Source: Octopus vulgaris
Lineage: Eukaryota
Length of the DNA stretch: 64,000 nucleotides
Assembly (NCBI GenBank): GCA_951406725.2
Contig: OX597828.1
Location: 58,652,001 to 58,716,000, forward strand
Direction of reading: 5' to 3'
The translations under genes were made by a program, and so were the position numbers. Under the pieces are notes generated by a model. The model saw nothing but the letters and a program-made list of their open reading frames with translations. It was not told where the DNA came from and searched no databases. How positions within the stretch are numbered: position 1 is the stretch's first letter; each line of letters begins with the position of its first letter. Below, one piece after another: positions 53,922 to 64,000 of the stretch.

Positions 53922-54080
53922 AGGAGAATTTACGGGAAAAACAAAAGACGAAGACAGGTGGTGTTCAAAACAAACAGATGTATTAGTATAACGCTCAGGA
54001 ATAGGAAAAGTCTTTTACGTTTCGAGCCTATGCTCTTCTACAGAAAGGGACACAGAAAAAACAAGGAGAGAAAAAAAAAT
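53922..54080 (-). mobile_element. Hammerhead-bearing short element, copy 4
   Basis: CUUU-CUGUAGA-A-GAGC-AUAG-GCUC-GAAA-CGUA-AAAG at about 54047-54012. Confidence 0.72.
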
Positions 54081-55603
54081 ACTAATATCAATCCTGTTGA
54101 TTTTGTATGAAGCCATCAGGCAGTCGGGTGCCTTTCCTGTGTCCAGGGGTCAGACTGCCAAAACTCTTGCTTCTCTTTGTATTATGCTGCAAAACTGGCA
54201 GATGAATAAAGTGAGATCCATCACTGAGCATAAAACCTTTGGTTACAATCTTTAATCTTTAATCTTTTATTTGTTTCAACCATTGAACTGCAACTATGCT
54301 GGGATTCTACCTTGAAGGGTTTTAGTTGAATAAATTGACCCCCAGTATTTAGTATTTACTTTTTAATGTCTGGTATTTATTCTGTCAGTTTCCTTTTTGC
54401 TGAACAACTAATTTACAGAAATGCAAACAAACCAACACCAGTCACATCATTGAAATCTCAAAGCTACAAGACAAAGCATGAGTAAATCAAATAATTTGAA
54501 TGGAGTGGCGGTGTAGTAAGTAGCTTGCTTAACAACCACATGGTTCCAGGTTCAGTCCCACTGCGTGGCACCTTGGGCAAGTGTCTTCTACTATAGCCTC
54601 GGGCCGACCAAAGCCTTGTGAGTGGATTTGGTAGACAGAAACTGAAAGAAGCTTAGCAGTTTGGCAAAAGAGACCGATAGAATAAGTACTAGGCTTACAA
54701 AGAATAAGTCCTGGTGTCGATTTGCTTGACTAAAGGCGGTGCTCCAGCATGGCCACAGTCAAATGACTGAAACAAGTAAAAGAGAAAGAGTACAAGCATT
54801 ACATTTGATAGAGTGATCTGAATGCTAAAACTGTATCAAATACTTTTTCTAAGAATGCTTCGGTCTCTTGGTTCCATACATACTTTTCACCTCCAATCTG
54901 CATTGGCTATTCTATGCAATCAGTACACTAGCCTTACCGTTTTCCTAATTTACCATTGCACAACCAACAACTCACACTGACACACACACTACTCATTCAC
55001 ACTTTGTATTTAATGTACTAACATTACTTTCACAAACCTGGGTTGCTGTTTTACTGTACTCTTAAGGTAAATACACCAGCCTCACTATTTTCATAATTTA
55101 CCATTGCATAATCAACAAATCAGCTATTCGTAGGGTATGTGTAAGAGGCCAGATCTGGTTAGTTTGAACATAACACAGGAAGAATGTTTGGCCCAGATAT
55201 GGTTGGTTTAAATACTAAAGGGTTAAGAGACTTAGGTTTCTACTTTTGTCCCTCATTTTTTTTTTACAAACTCTCACTCAGATTGCTCACCAGTGAAGCC
55301 TTTCATTTTTTTCGATGGTAAATATTTTTCATCAACATCATGACATTTAACTGTGTCCATTTCTCTAACCCTCTTTGAATTAGTAGAATGACATCATCAC
55401 ATTGCTGCTATTTGCACTGTTCTTCATTGAAATTTATTTATTATTCAGCTTCATGTTCTGAGTTCAAATTCTACTGAGGTCATCTTCACCTTTCATCCTT
55501 TTGGGGTCGATGAATCAAGTGCTGTTGAGCACTAGGGGTTGATTTAATTGACTTGGTCCCTCCTCCGAAATTGTTAGCCTTGTGTCAAAATTTGAAACCA
55601 TTT

Positions 55604-55646
<43 letters not shown>

Positions 55647-55864
55647 GGCAGTGAGCTGGCAGAATCAGTAGCACGCTGGACGAAATGCTTAGCAGTATTT
55701 CACCTGTCTCTTTACATTCTACATTTTAAAAACCACTTTCAGGGTTGATAAATTAAGTACCATTTGAGCACTGGAGTTGATGTAATCAACTTGCCCCTTC
55801 CCCCAAAATTTCAGGCCTTGTGCCTATAGTAGAAAGGATTATTGTTGTTATTATTGTTATTGAG

Positions 55865-56400
55865 TAAGAGAGCAGTGCATGCCATCAAAGTGACACTGGG
55901 GTAAAATATACGAAGCCCAGTATACCCATCATGACTACCCGTCTGATAAGGGTACACCAGGCACATGCATCACAACCATATGTGTGCAACATAGTGATCT
56001 CATATCTAGATAAACAGCACATGACCTTGCAGGTGGGGCCCAGTTAAGATTTTCTTCAGGTTGAGTTGCCCATTCTGCTCAAAAGGTCCTTGAATAAGGA
56101 TTGTTTAAGGATGTTGAACGAAACACCCATGTTTCCAAAGGTGAATCATCCAAACCCCAAAGAATTCCTCTCAACACATGGTTTTGATGCTCCCCCACTA
56201 CTTCTGCTCATGATCAGAGATGCACATACCATCAGCCACTAAGGGACATGCTCAACTGGTTAGGGTCAAACAACTGACAAGCAGATATGTGGTATTGAGC
56301 AGGATATTTGCTGTAGCCCATCTTTTATACCAAGACAAAACAATGTACATGATAACACTTCCAATCAGTTAAGATCAGAAACCATGAGAACCGTTGGCTG
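55865..56400 (-). mobile_element. Second copy of the (AAT)n-tailed retroelement
   Basis: Reverse complement of 32710-33215. Confidence 0.7.
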
Positions 56401-57059
56401 GTCACAACTATTTCCTTTGTGTGTGTGTGTGTGTGTGTGCATGTTTTATACTGGAAACATTTTGATGATCTAACAGTGTATAGGAAACTTGCTTAATGAC
56501 ACTCCTTTCCATTTTATTGATAATGAAGAGACCTATACAGGGCTGCTTGACCTATTAGAAACAGTTTCTTCAAATCATAGTCTGTCATTTTTAGAAAAAA
56601 AGAGTACTCTTGTTAATGGAAACAAATTTAAACAACTGGATGGTGAGAACTTGAACACATTCTTTCGATAAATGTGTTCAGTGTAGGTTGACCTAAGGCA
56701 AAATTGCAACTTATAACGAAATCCTTCATGAGTTAACTGAAAAAGTATTTTTGTAGTTGGTGTGTTGGTATTTTCCTTGTTTACGTCACTGCTTTGCTTT
56801 AAAAATATATCCAAAACAAGGGTAAATCCCATGATAATGATCTTTTAAAGTAGAACTGACACAAGTCTTTTTTCACTGTACAGCCCTTCCTCTTTCTCTC
56901 TGTCTACTGCTATCCCATCCCCCTGCACTTCCCACTAATTCTGTCATGCTCACGCTGACTGTATGCTTGTCTTTTGTTATATAGTAGTGCAAGTTAACAA
57001 CATTTAACCTGCTGACTAATATACCTTACCTAACGCTCATAGTTATGGAATTTTATTTA

Positions 57060-57323
57060 GTATGTTTAGTATGCCTCCTCCCCATACACACACACACGTC
57101 ACGTTTTGCTGGGCAATTATGTCATCTTGGTATTTTACTCTGATGAACAGAAATATTCTGAAGACATCTAACCATTTGTAAACTTGTCATATTTGTAAAA
57201 TTTAATCACAAAAGGTTTCTGTAACTTTTTGCTTTTAGGCAAAGTCATGGCTGTGTGGTAAGGAGTTTGCTTCCAAACCACATGGTTCTGGGTTCAGTCC
57301 CACTGCATGGCACCTTGAGCAAG
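57060..57323 (+). repeat. Left arm of local inverted duplication
   Basis: Reverse complement of 58613-58883, with about 4 substitutions and 2 small indels. Confidence 0.95.
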
Positions 57324-57796
57324 TGTCTTCTAATTTGAATGCTAAATGGTTAAAAGGAAAAAATAATCTCTCCCCAATATCTCTAATTTTAATCTTATAC
57401 CTTTATATATTTAAGAATTTCATAAATGGAAACCTTTGATTGGTTTTCTTTCTTCTCACAAGAAGGCAGTGAGTTGGTAGAATCATTAGAATATCAGGCA
57501 AACTGCTTTGTGGCATTTTGTCTGTTTTTATGTCCTGGGTTCCAATTCCACCAAGGTCAACTTTCATCCTTTCAGGGTAGATAAAACAAGTACCAGTTGA
57601 GTACTGGGGTGTCGATGTAATCAACTGACCCCTTCCTCTGAAATTGCTGGCCTCGTGGCTAATGATGACCACAAGTTGCTTGTTCTGTTAGTAAACTTAA
57701 GATTTGTTGTTAAGTTTTTTTCTTTTAATTCTTTTCTTTTTCAAACTTTATATTTTTCCCTTTTTTCTTTCTTTTTTTTTGTTTTTTTTTTTGCAG

Positions 57797-57911
57797 TAAA
57801 GATTATGGAAAAAAACAAGAAGCGCATGCACTTGGAAGAGACTTGAGAAGGTTGGCTGACGCTTTTGAACAGAGTTACGAAAGGAAAGAAGTGAAGAAGA
57901 AAGCCAGCACT
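57797..57911 (+). CDS. BAX-like Bcl-2 family protein, coding exon 2 (BH3)
   Basis: Long polypyrimidine tract ending ttgcag|. Encodes (D)KDYGKKQEAHALGRDLRRLADAFEQSYERKEVKKKAST, with BH3 motif LGRDLRRLADAF. Donor ACT|gtaaat is phase 0. Not in the supplied ORF track in this frame. Confidence 0.88.
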
Positions 57912-58139
57912 GTAAATCATTATTCATTAATCACTAATGTCTTTAAGTTTTAAAAATAAAATTTGAATCTGAACTCTTCTCTCTGAAATCATGTGATGTC
58001 CTTTATCTCTGTCTGCCTTGTTGAGAGAATATAGCTATTATTTTAAATAGATTGGAAAATTGAGATATCTTATTCTGTCATAAAAAGAAACCTGCTTTTG
58101 TATAAGCTAGATGTTTACTCAAGAATGTAACATATAATA

Positions 58140-58610
58140 ATGAAATTATTGTATACAGGGTTCAGGTGCACCACAACTTGTCAGACAGTGCATATAAAGC
58201 ATATGCATTAATGTACAAATGTCTGCAAAGCGAACAATGTATGAGTCAGATACATGCTTGCGTGTGTATGGAGGGGAGAAAATCAGGTGTAGTGTTGGCG
58301 AATCTCAGGAAGCATGGAAGTTTTGAAGGATGCAGTGCTCCGACAACTAACAACTGATGCTGGCAGTTTGTTCCATGCTTCAGCAACTCTCAGCGTGAAA
58401 AAATGTTCCCTGAAGTCATGGGAGCTGTGCTGTTTTCTGACTTTGTAAATATGTCCATAGGTGTTAGACGGGTGGAGTTTGAAAAGGTGCTCAGAGTTAT
58501 TGTTTGTGAGATGGTTGATAATTTTATGGGTGTCTGCCAAGTCAGCTGCCAGACGTTAGAGTTTCAATGTGTTCATGCCCAGGGAAGTAAGGCATTCAGA
58601 ATATGGTGAT
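58140..58610 (-). mobile_element. CR1-type LINE 3' fragment
   Basis: NTYGHIYKVRKQ...REHFFTLRVAEAWNKLPASVV...FK, a CR1-like ORF2 C-terminus, plus 3' UTR. Confidence 0.82.
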
Positions 58611-58612
58611 GC

Positions 58613-58883
58613 CTTGCTCAAGGTGCCATGCAGTGGGACTGAACCCAGAACCATGTGGTTTGGAAGCAAACTCCTTACCACACAGCCATGACTTTGCCTA
58701 AAAGCAAAAAGTTACAGAAACTTTTTGTGATTAAATTTTACAAATATGAGAAGTTTACTAATGGTTAGATGTCTTCAGAATATTTCTCTTCATCAGAGTA
58801 AAATACCAAGATGACATAATTGCCCAGCAAAACGTGACGTGTGTGTGTGTGTGTGTATGGGGAGGAGGCATACTAAAACATAC
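58613..58883 (-). repeat. Right arm of local inverted duplication
   Basis: Reverse complement of 57060-57323; abuts the 5' truncation point of the CR1 fragment. Confidence 0.95.
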
Positions 58884-58999
58884 ATAAGTGAAACATGGAA
58901 CTCAATTTTTTTTGTGATAGGACAGTGCTCATAATCACACCCTCCCCTACTTTTTTAAGCAAAGAAAGAACAAATAATTTAATCCTAGGGTGAAAAGGG

Positions 59000-59340
59000 T
59001 AATGACCCCCTTTCATTAAGAATGACCATGGGATTGCACCTAGAAAGTTTCCCTCCAAGGCACAAGTCAGGGCAAGGTTGTTTATTAAAGACCAACAGTC
59101 ATTCTTGCACACCAGCCTCCCCACTCCCTGCCACTGATGTTATCCAAGGGAAAGGCAAAGGGGCCGATACAGCTTGGCACCAGTGACATCACAACTCATT
59201 TTTACAGCTGAATGAACTGAAGCAACATGAAATAAAGTGTCTTGCTCAAGAGCACAATACAAAGCCTGATCTGGGAATCAAACTCACTACCTCATGACTG
59301 TGAACCCAACATGCTAACTAGTGAGCCGTGCACCTTCACA
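59000..59340 (-). mobile_element. tRNA-derived CORE-type SINE (family D)
   Basis: Reverse complement has a tRNA head and tgttcttgagcaagacactttatttca core; copies at 26610-26930 and 63080-63390. Confidence 0.72.
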
Positions 59341-59737
59341 GTTTAATCCTAGAGGTGGTATGGTCATGACTAAAACAGCTTTGATCCTAGGTCTGCTTGC
59401 TCAGCGATAATCTTGAACCAAAAAACAACATTGCAAATGCTGTAAAATAGTCTTTAGCTAATTATTGTAATTATTCACTTAACATGAATGATATCCTGCA
59501 TGATCAACAGGTGTTGCCCTTGATTCTTTGGCATGATTCTTCACATTATTATTTGGCTAAGACCAAATGCATGATTAATTTAATTAATTTAAATTTCTTG
59601 GTTTTACTATATCAAGTATACTAACATTTACCTATTATGTTTACAAGCAGCAGACATCTACTCCTGAGTATTATTTCACAGCCACTCTCATAACTACTTA
59701 TGTTCTGTAAATGTAAATTTTTATATATATATATATA

Positions 59738-60135
59738 TAATTAAATTATTGTATACAGTGCCTAGGTGCACCACAACTTGTCAAAAGTGTGTATAAAGCA
59801 TATGCAGTAATGTACAAATGTCTGGGAAGCGAACAGTGTATGAGTCAGATACATTTTTGCGTGTGTATGGAGGGGAGAAAATCAGGTGTAGTGTTGGCGA
59901 ATTTCAGGAAGCATGGAAGTTTTGAAGGATGCAGTGCTCCGACAACCAACAATGAATGCCAGCAGTTTGTTCCATGCTTCAGCCACTCTTAGCGTGAAAA
60001 AATGTTTCCGAAAGTCATGGGAGCTGTGCTGTTTTCTGACTTTGTAAACATGCCCCCAGATGTTAGACAGGTGGAGTTTGAAAAGGTGTTCAGAGTTATT
60101 GTTTGTAAGATGGTTAATAATTTTATAGGTGTCTA
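59738..60135 (-). mobile_element. CR1-type LINE 3' fragment
   Basis: Near-identical to 58140-58535. Confidence 0.82.
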
Positions 60136-61419
60136 GGTATTAAGTTGTTGGTTAATACATCATTTGTTACAAGTTGACTTGCTACTACGGAACAGTTGTA
60201 ACTTTTATTCTACCTCCAGTTTCATTAACCCTTCAGTATTTAAACGGACCATACCTGGCCCAAAATATTCTACCTGTTTTATGTTCAAATAAGCCAGATC
60301 CAGCCTCTCACACCTACCCTATAGTGTTATTCTAAAAGTAAACAGTCACATCATTGAAATCTCAAAACTATGAGATGCTGCATGATTAATTCAAAACAAT
60401 GTGAGTAAATAACCATTACATTTGATAGAATAATCTGAATGCTGAAAGATTAAAGCTAAAGCTTTCTTAGTTGAACTTGGATTGCAGTATTTACAAGAGC
60501 TGTGATGACCGAGATTGATTTTTAAGGAAGTAGTTTTGGGAACCAATGATCTTAAGTTCAAACCAAAGCTTAACACCAAGTTACAGACCCCATTTTTACC
60601 CTCTGTGGCAAACAAAGAACAATTGAATTTAGATGCTTGACAACATGGCACTTGTAATAGTGACAAGCATAAAGTTTATGGCAGTTGCTGTTCTCAAGTA
60701 TCTTCTCCACCCATTATTCCTGAGAGGGTTGTTGGGGTAGAATCTTCTGGTACCTCCTTCATAAGAAGCAACTATCATTACACTTTCCACTTGGATTTCC
60801 AAGCTGATCAACTGAGATTATGGATATTATTCAACCATCTCATTCTTGGCAATTCTGTTCTCAATAAAGATTGATATAATGAGTCACATAGCACCATGTT
60901 GTCTGCAAATGTCAGCTGCTGACTCTACACTCACTGATTCTGAGACCACCTCCACAGAAGCTGTGCTTGTCAGTTCAGTTGATAATTTCATAAAAATGAT
61001 AAATATGAATTACAAAGTGCTGGTGACATATAAAAGGCACCTGTGCTGGTGACACTTACAGTACACTCTGTGAAGTGGTAAGCATTAGGAAGGGCATCCA
61101 GCCATAGAAATCAAGCCAAAACAGATGACTGGAGCCTGGTGCAGCATGCTAGTTTATCAGTCGCAGTCAAACTGTTTACTAGAAAATAGAATGTTAAACA
61201 ATGATGGCAGCAGCATTGGTGGAAACGGTGGTGGTGGTGGTGGTGGTTGTCATCATTGTTGTTAAAAGCAGCTATATAATCATCAATATTTAAATTTTTA
61301 TGGAGAACAAAATTAAGAAAATTGATTAAGTTCACTACAAGTTAGCAGGCATGAATTCATTTAGTTAAATATCACTTTGAAGAAATAAGTTTTATAAGAA
61401 CAGAACCTTCAATACCTTC

Positions 61420-61705
61420 AACAACAACACTGAACACCTTTTTGATCTCCATGTGTCTAACACACGTGGACATGCCTACAAAGTCAGAAAACAGCACAGC
61501 TCTCATGACTTTCGGAAACATTTTTTCACGCTCAGAGTTGCTGAAGCATGGAATAAACTGCCTGCATCAGTTGTTGACTGCCATGACACTGCATCCTTTA
61601 AGGCCCTCATGCTTCCCGAAATCCGTCGAAACTACACCTGATTATATATACACTTTAGATGAGTTGTAGTGCACCTGAGCACTGTACACAATTATTATTA
61701 TTATT
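61420..61705 (+). mobile_element. CR1-type LINE 3' fragment
   Basis: SNTRGHAYKVRKQHSSHDFRKHFFTLRVAEAWNKLP, in the opposite orientation to the two upstream copies. Confidence 0.82.
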
Positions 61706-61844
61706 ATAAATAAGAATATTTTGTGATGCAAATCTTAATTCTTCCAACTTCTCAGTTGTGTCAAAGAGTTTTAATGTTATACATTGAAATTTTCTTTTAT
61801 TAGCATACACTAATGAATTTTTTTTTTTTTGTTTTTTATTACAG

Positions 61845-62072
61845 TGTAATCTTGACATCAACAGTTACTCAGAATTTTCTAGAATTTTGAAAAGTTTGTT
61901 CACCAATGGTGGGATCACACACAGCAGAATCATAGTCTTATTCTTTTTTTGTTCCGATTTTGCAATTCGCACCTTAAAAGAGTGTTCACAGCGCTTTGCG
62001 CGCTTTATTAGTTGGTTTTTCCAGTTTCTATCGGATTATGTTTATGAGTGGGTAGAATTACATGGTGGATGG
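61845..62072 (+). CDS. BAX-like Bcl-2 family protein, coding exon 3 (BH1 + BH2)
   Basis: T-tract ending ttacag| (phase 0). Encodes CNLDINSYSEFSRILKSLFTNGGITHSRIIVLFFFCSDFAIR...YVYEWVELHGGW. Donor TGG|gtacgt falls right after GGW, the conserved Bcl-2-family BH2 intron position. Confidence 0.92.
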
Positions 62073-64000
62073 GTACGTATTTAACATTTTGTTTCTTTCT
62101 GCTTTTAAATGCATAAATATATGGAATTAAAAATTTAATTGTTATTTTAATTTATAAAGAAAAACAAAAGGAAAGAGCTTCTCTTTGGTAATTTTCTTTT
62201 TGTTATCTAAAAGTAATGTTTATTTTGTCTCACCTTTATTACTCTCATTGACAATCAGATATTATTGTCAAACCAACAAGCAAGCCTCTAGAAATAGCAG
62301 CCAAATCTCCCTCAAATCATATCCTACCACCTTGAAACAAAAGTACATCTCAGACAATGTAGTTATAGATCATCATCATCATCGTTGTTGTTTAATGTCC
62401 GCTTTCCATGCTGGCATGGGTTGGACAATTTGACTGAGGACTGGCGAACCAGGCTCCAATCTGATCTGGCAGAGTTTCTACAGCTGGATACCTTTCCTAA
62501 TGGCAACCACTCCGAGAAGGTAGTGGGTGCTTTTATGTGCCAGTCAGGCAGTACTGGCAACACCATGCTGAAATGGTGTTTTTTACGTGCCACCTGCACA
62601 GGGGCCAGTCCAGTGGTACTGGCAACGACCTCACTTGAATGTTTTTTCACGTACCACTGGCACAAGTGCCAGTAAGGCGACGCTAGTAATGATCATGCTC
62701 GAATGGTGCTTTTTTTTTGTGTGTTTACATTCCCATAACATAGTGGTTTGGCAAAAGAGACCAATCAAATAACTACCAGGCTTGAGGGGAAAAAAAGTAT
62801 TGGGGTTGATTCATTCAACTAAAATTCTTCAATGTGGCGCCCCAGCATAGCTATAGTCTAATGACTGAAACAAGCAAAAGATAAAAGATACAGCTATAAG
62901 TTAACTAAAACCTTGTGTGTGGAATTTTGTAGGTAGAAACTGTGTAAGTCTTTTGTACACATCTGTGTTTGTTTAGACTGGTCTTAAGAAAGCATGAACC
63001 ATGCAGTTTATGTTGTATCCTATGATGGGTTGTACTGTAGCACTTTGACGAATATAGCTCAATAAAATAAGTAAAAAGAGTAAAGACCCCCTTCGGTCAT
63101 AAATGATTATGGGAATGCACCTAGAACGTTCCTTCCGAGGCACAAGTCCAGGCAAGGTTGTTTTATGGAAGACCAGCACTCACCCATGCATACTAGGTTC
63201 CCCTCTCCATGCCACTGATATTATCTGAGGGAGAGGCAAAGGGGCCGATACAGCTTGGCACCAGTGATGTCTCAACTTATTTCCACAGCTGAGTGGGCTG
63301 GAGCAACATGAAATAAAGTGTCTTGCTCAAGAACAAAACACACAGCCTGATGCAGAAATCGAAATAACTACCTCATGATTGTGAGCCTGTACTAGAACAA
63401 CTAAATCCTTGAGGTTAGTGCTCCATCATGGTTGCAGTCCAGTGACTGAAGCCAGTAAAAGCAACTACACTGTGTAACATGATTTTTGTCCTTGGGTAGC
63501 AACTGTTATTTCCTATTTGCTTACTCTTAGAAAATATGAAGAACGGTTAATATTTCCTTCAAACTTTGCTTTTGTTTCAAAGAATTTCTCTCAGCATATG
63601 GCTATGATACTCCCCACACTACTCCTGCTCATGGTCAGAAATGCACATACTGTCAGCCACTAAGGGACATGCACAACTGGTTATGATCAAGCCATTAACA
63701 AACAAATCTGTGGTACTGTGCAGAATCCTTCCTATAATGATATTTCTGCTTCAGCAATTCAGCACTTAATCTGTCTGAAATGTAATGGAAAATAGGTCAG
63801 TTTCAAAACATTGATGTCCAGATAAGAAAAGCAAAATTTGAAGGGAATTGTAGTCATTTCCTTTGATTTCTAAAGAGAGGCAAATAGGAAATAACTCTTA
63901 CTGACCAAAGACAGTAATAAAAAAACCAACTTTTGTTACACAGTGTAATGGGTTGTACTGTAGCGCTTTGACAAATATAGACCAATATAATAAGTACTGC

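Noticed and set aside
56477-56832. Possible extra exon in BAX-like intron 1
   Set aside because: Splice phases (0 to 1) do not fit the 2-to-2 requirement, and exons 1 and 2 already join in frame; more likely a decayed transposon coding remnant.
57138-57172. CTGATGA...GAAGAC hammerhead-like string (and its inverted copy near 58770-58797)
   Set aside because: GAAA is broken and no helix I or III pairing is present.

Overview
AT-rich, microsatellite-dense animal genomic DNA. The repeat families point to a coleoid cephalopod, most likely Octopus (inferred from the repeats, not from a search). One host protein-coding gene is well supported: a + strand multidomain Bcl-2-family (BAX-like) gene. Its three phase-compatible coding exons are 37050-37324, 57797-57911 (BH3) and 61845-62072 (BH1+BH2); the last transmembrane exon was not found and probably lies beyond the window. 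Its BH1 is non-canonical (GGITHSR instead of NWGR), and its BH3 exon is bracketed by a young ~265-bp inverted duplication. The rest is mostly transposons: a 5'-truncated RTE LINE with a PHD-type finger inside the RT, many RTE 3'-UTR copies carrying tandem hairpin+pseudoknot units, a decayed Penelope-like element, several short elements with minimal hammerhead ribozymes (one family with a consistent CUGUNGA core), mariner relics, MITEs, CR1/BovB/R4-like fragments and many tRNA-derived SINEs. Most ORFs in the supplied track are microsatellite or repeat artefacts. Repeat boundaries are approximate unless termini are quoted.
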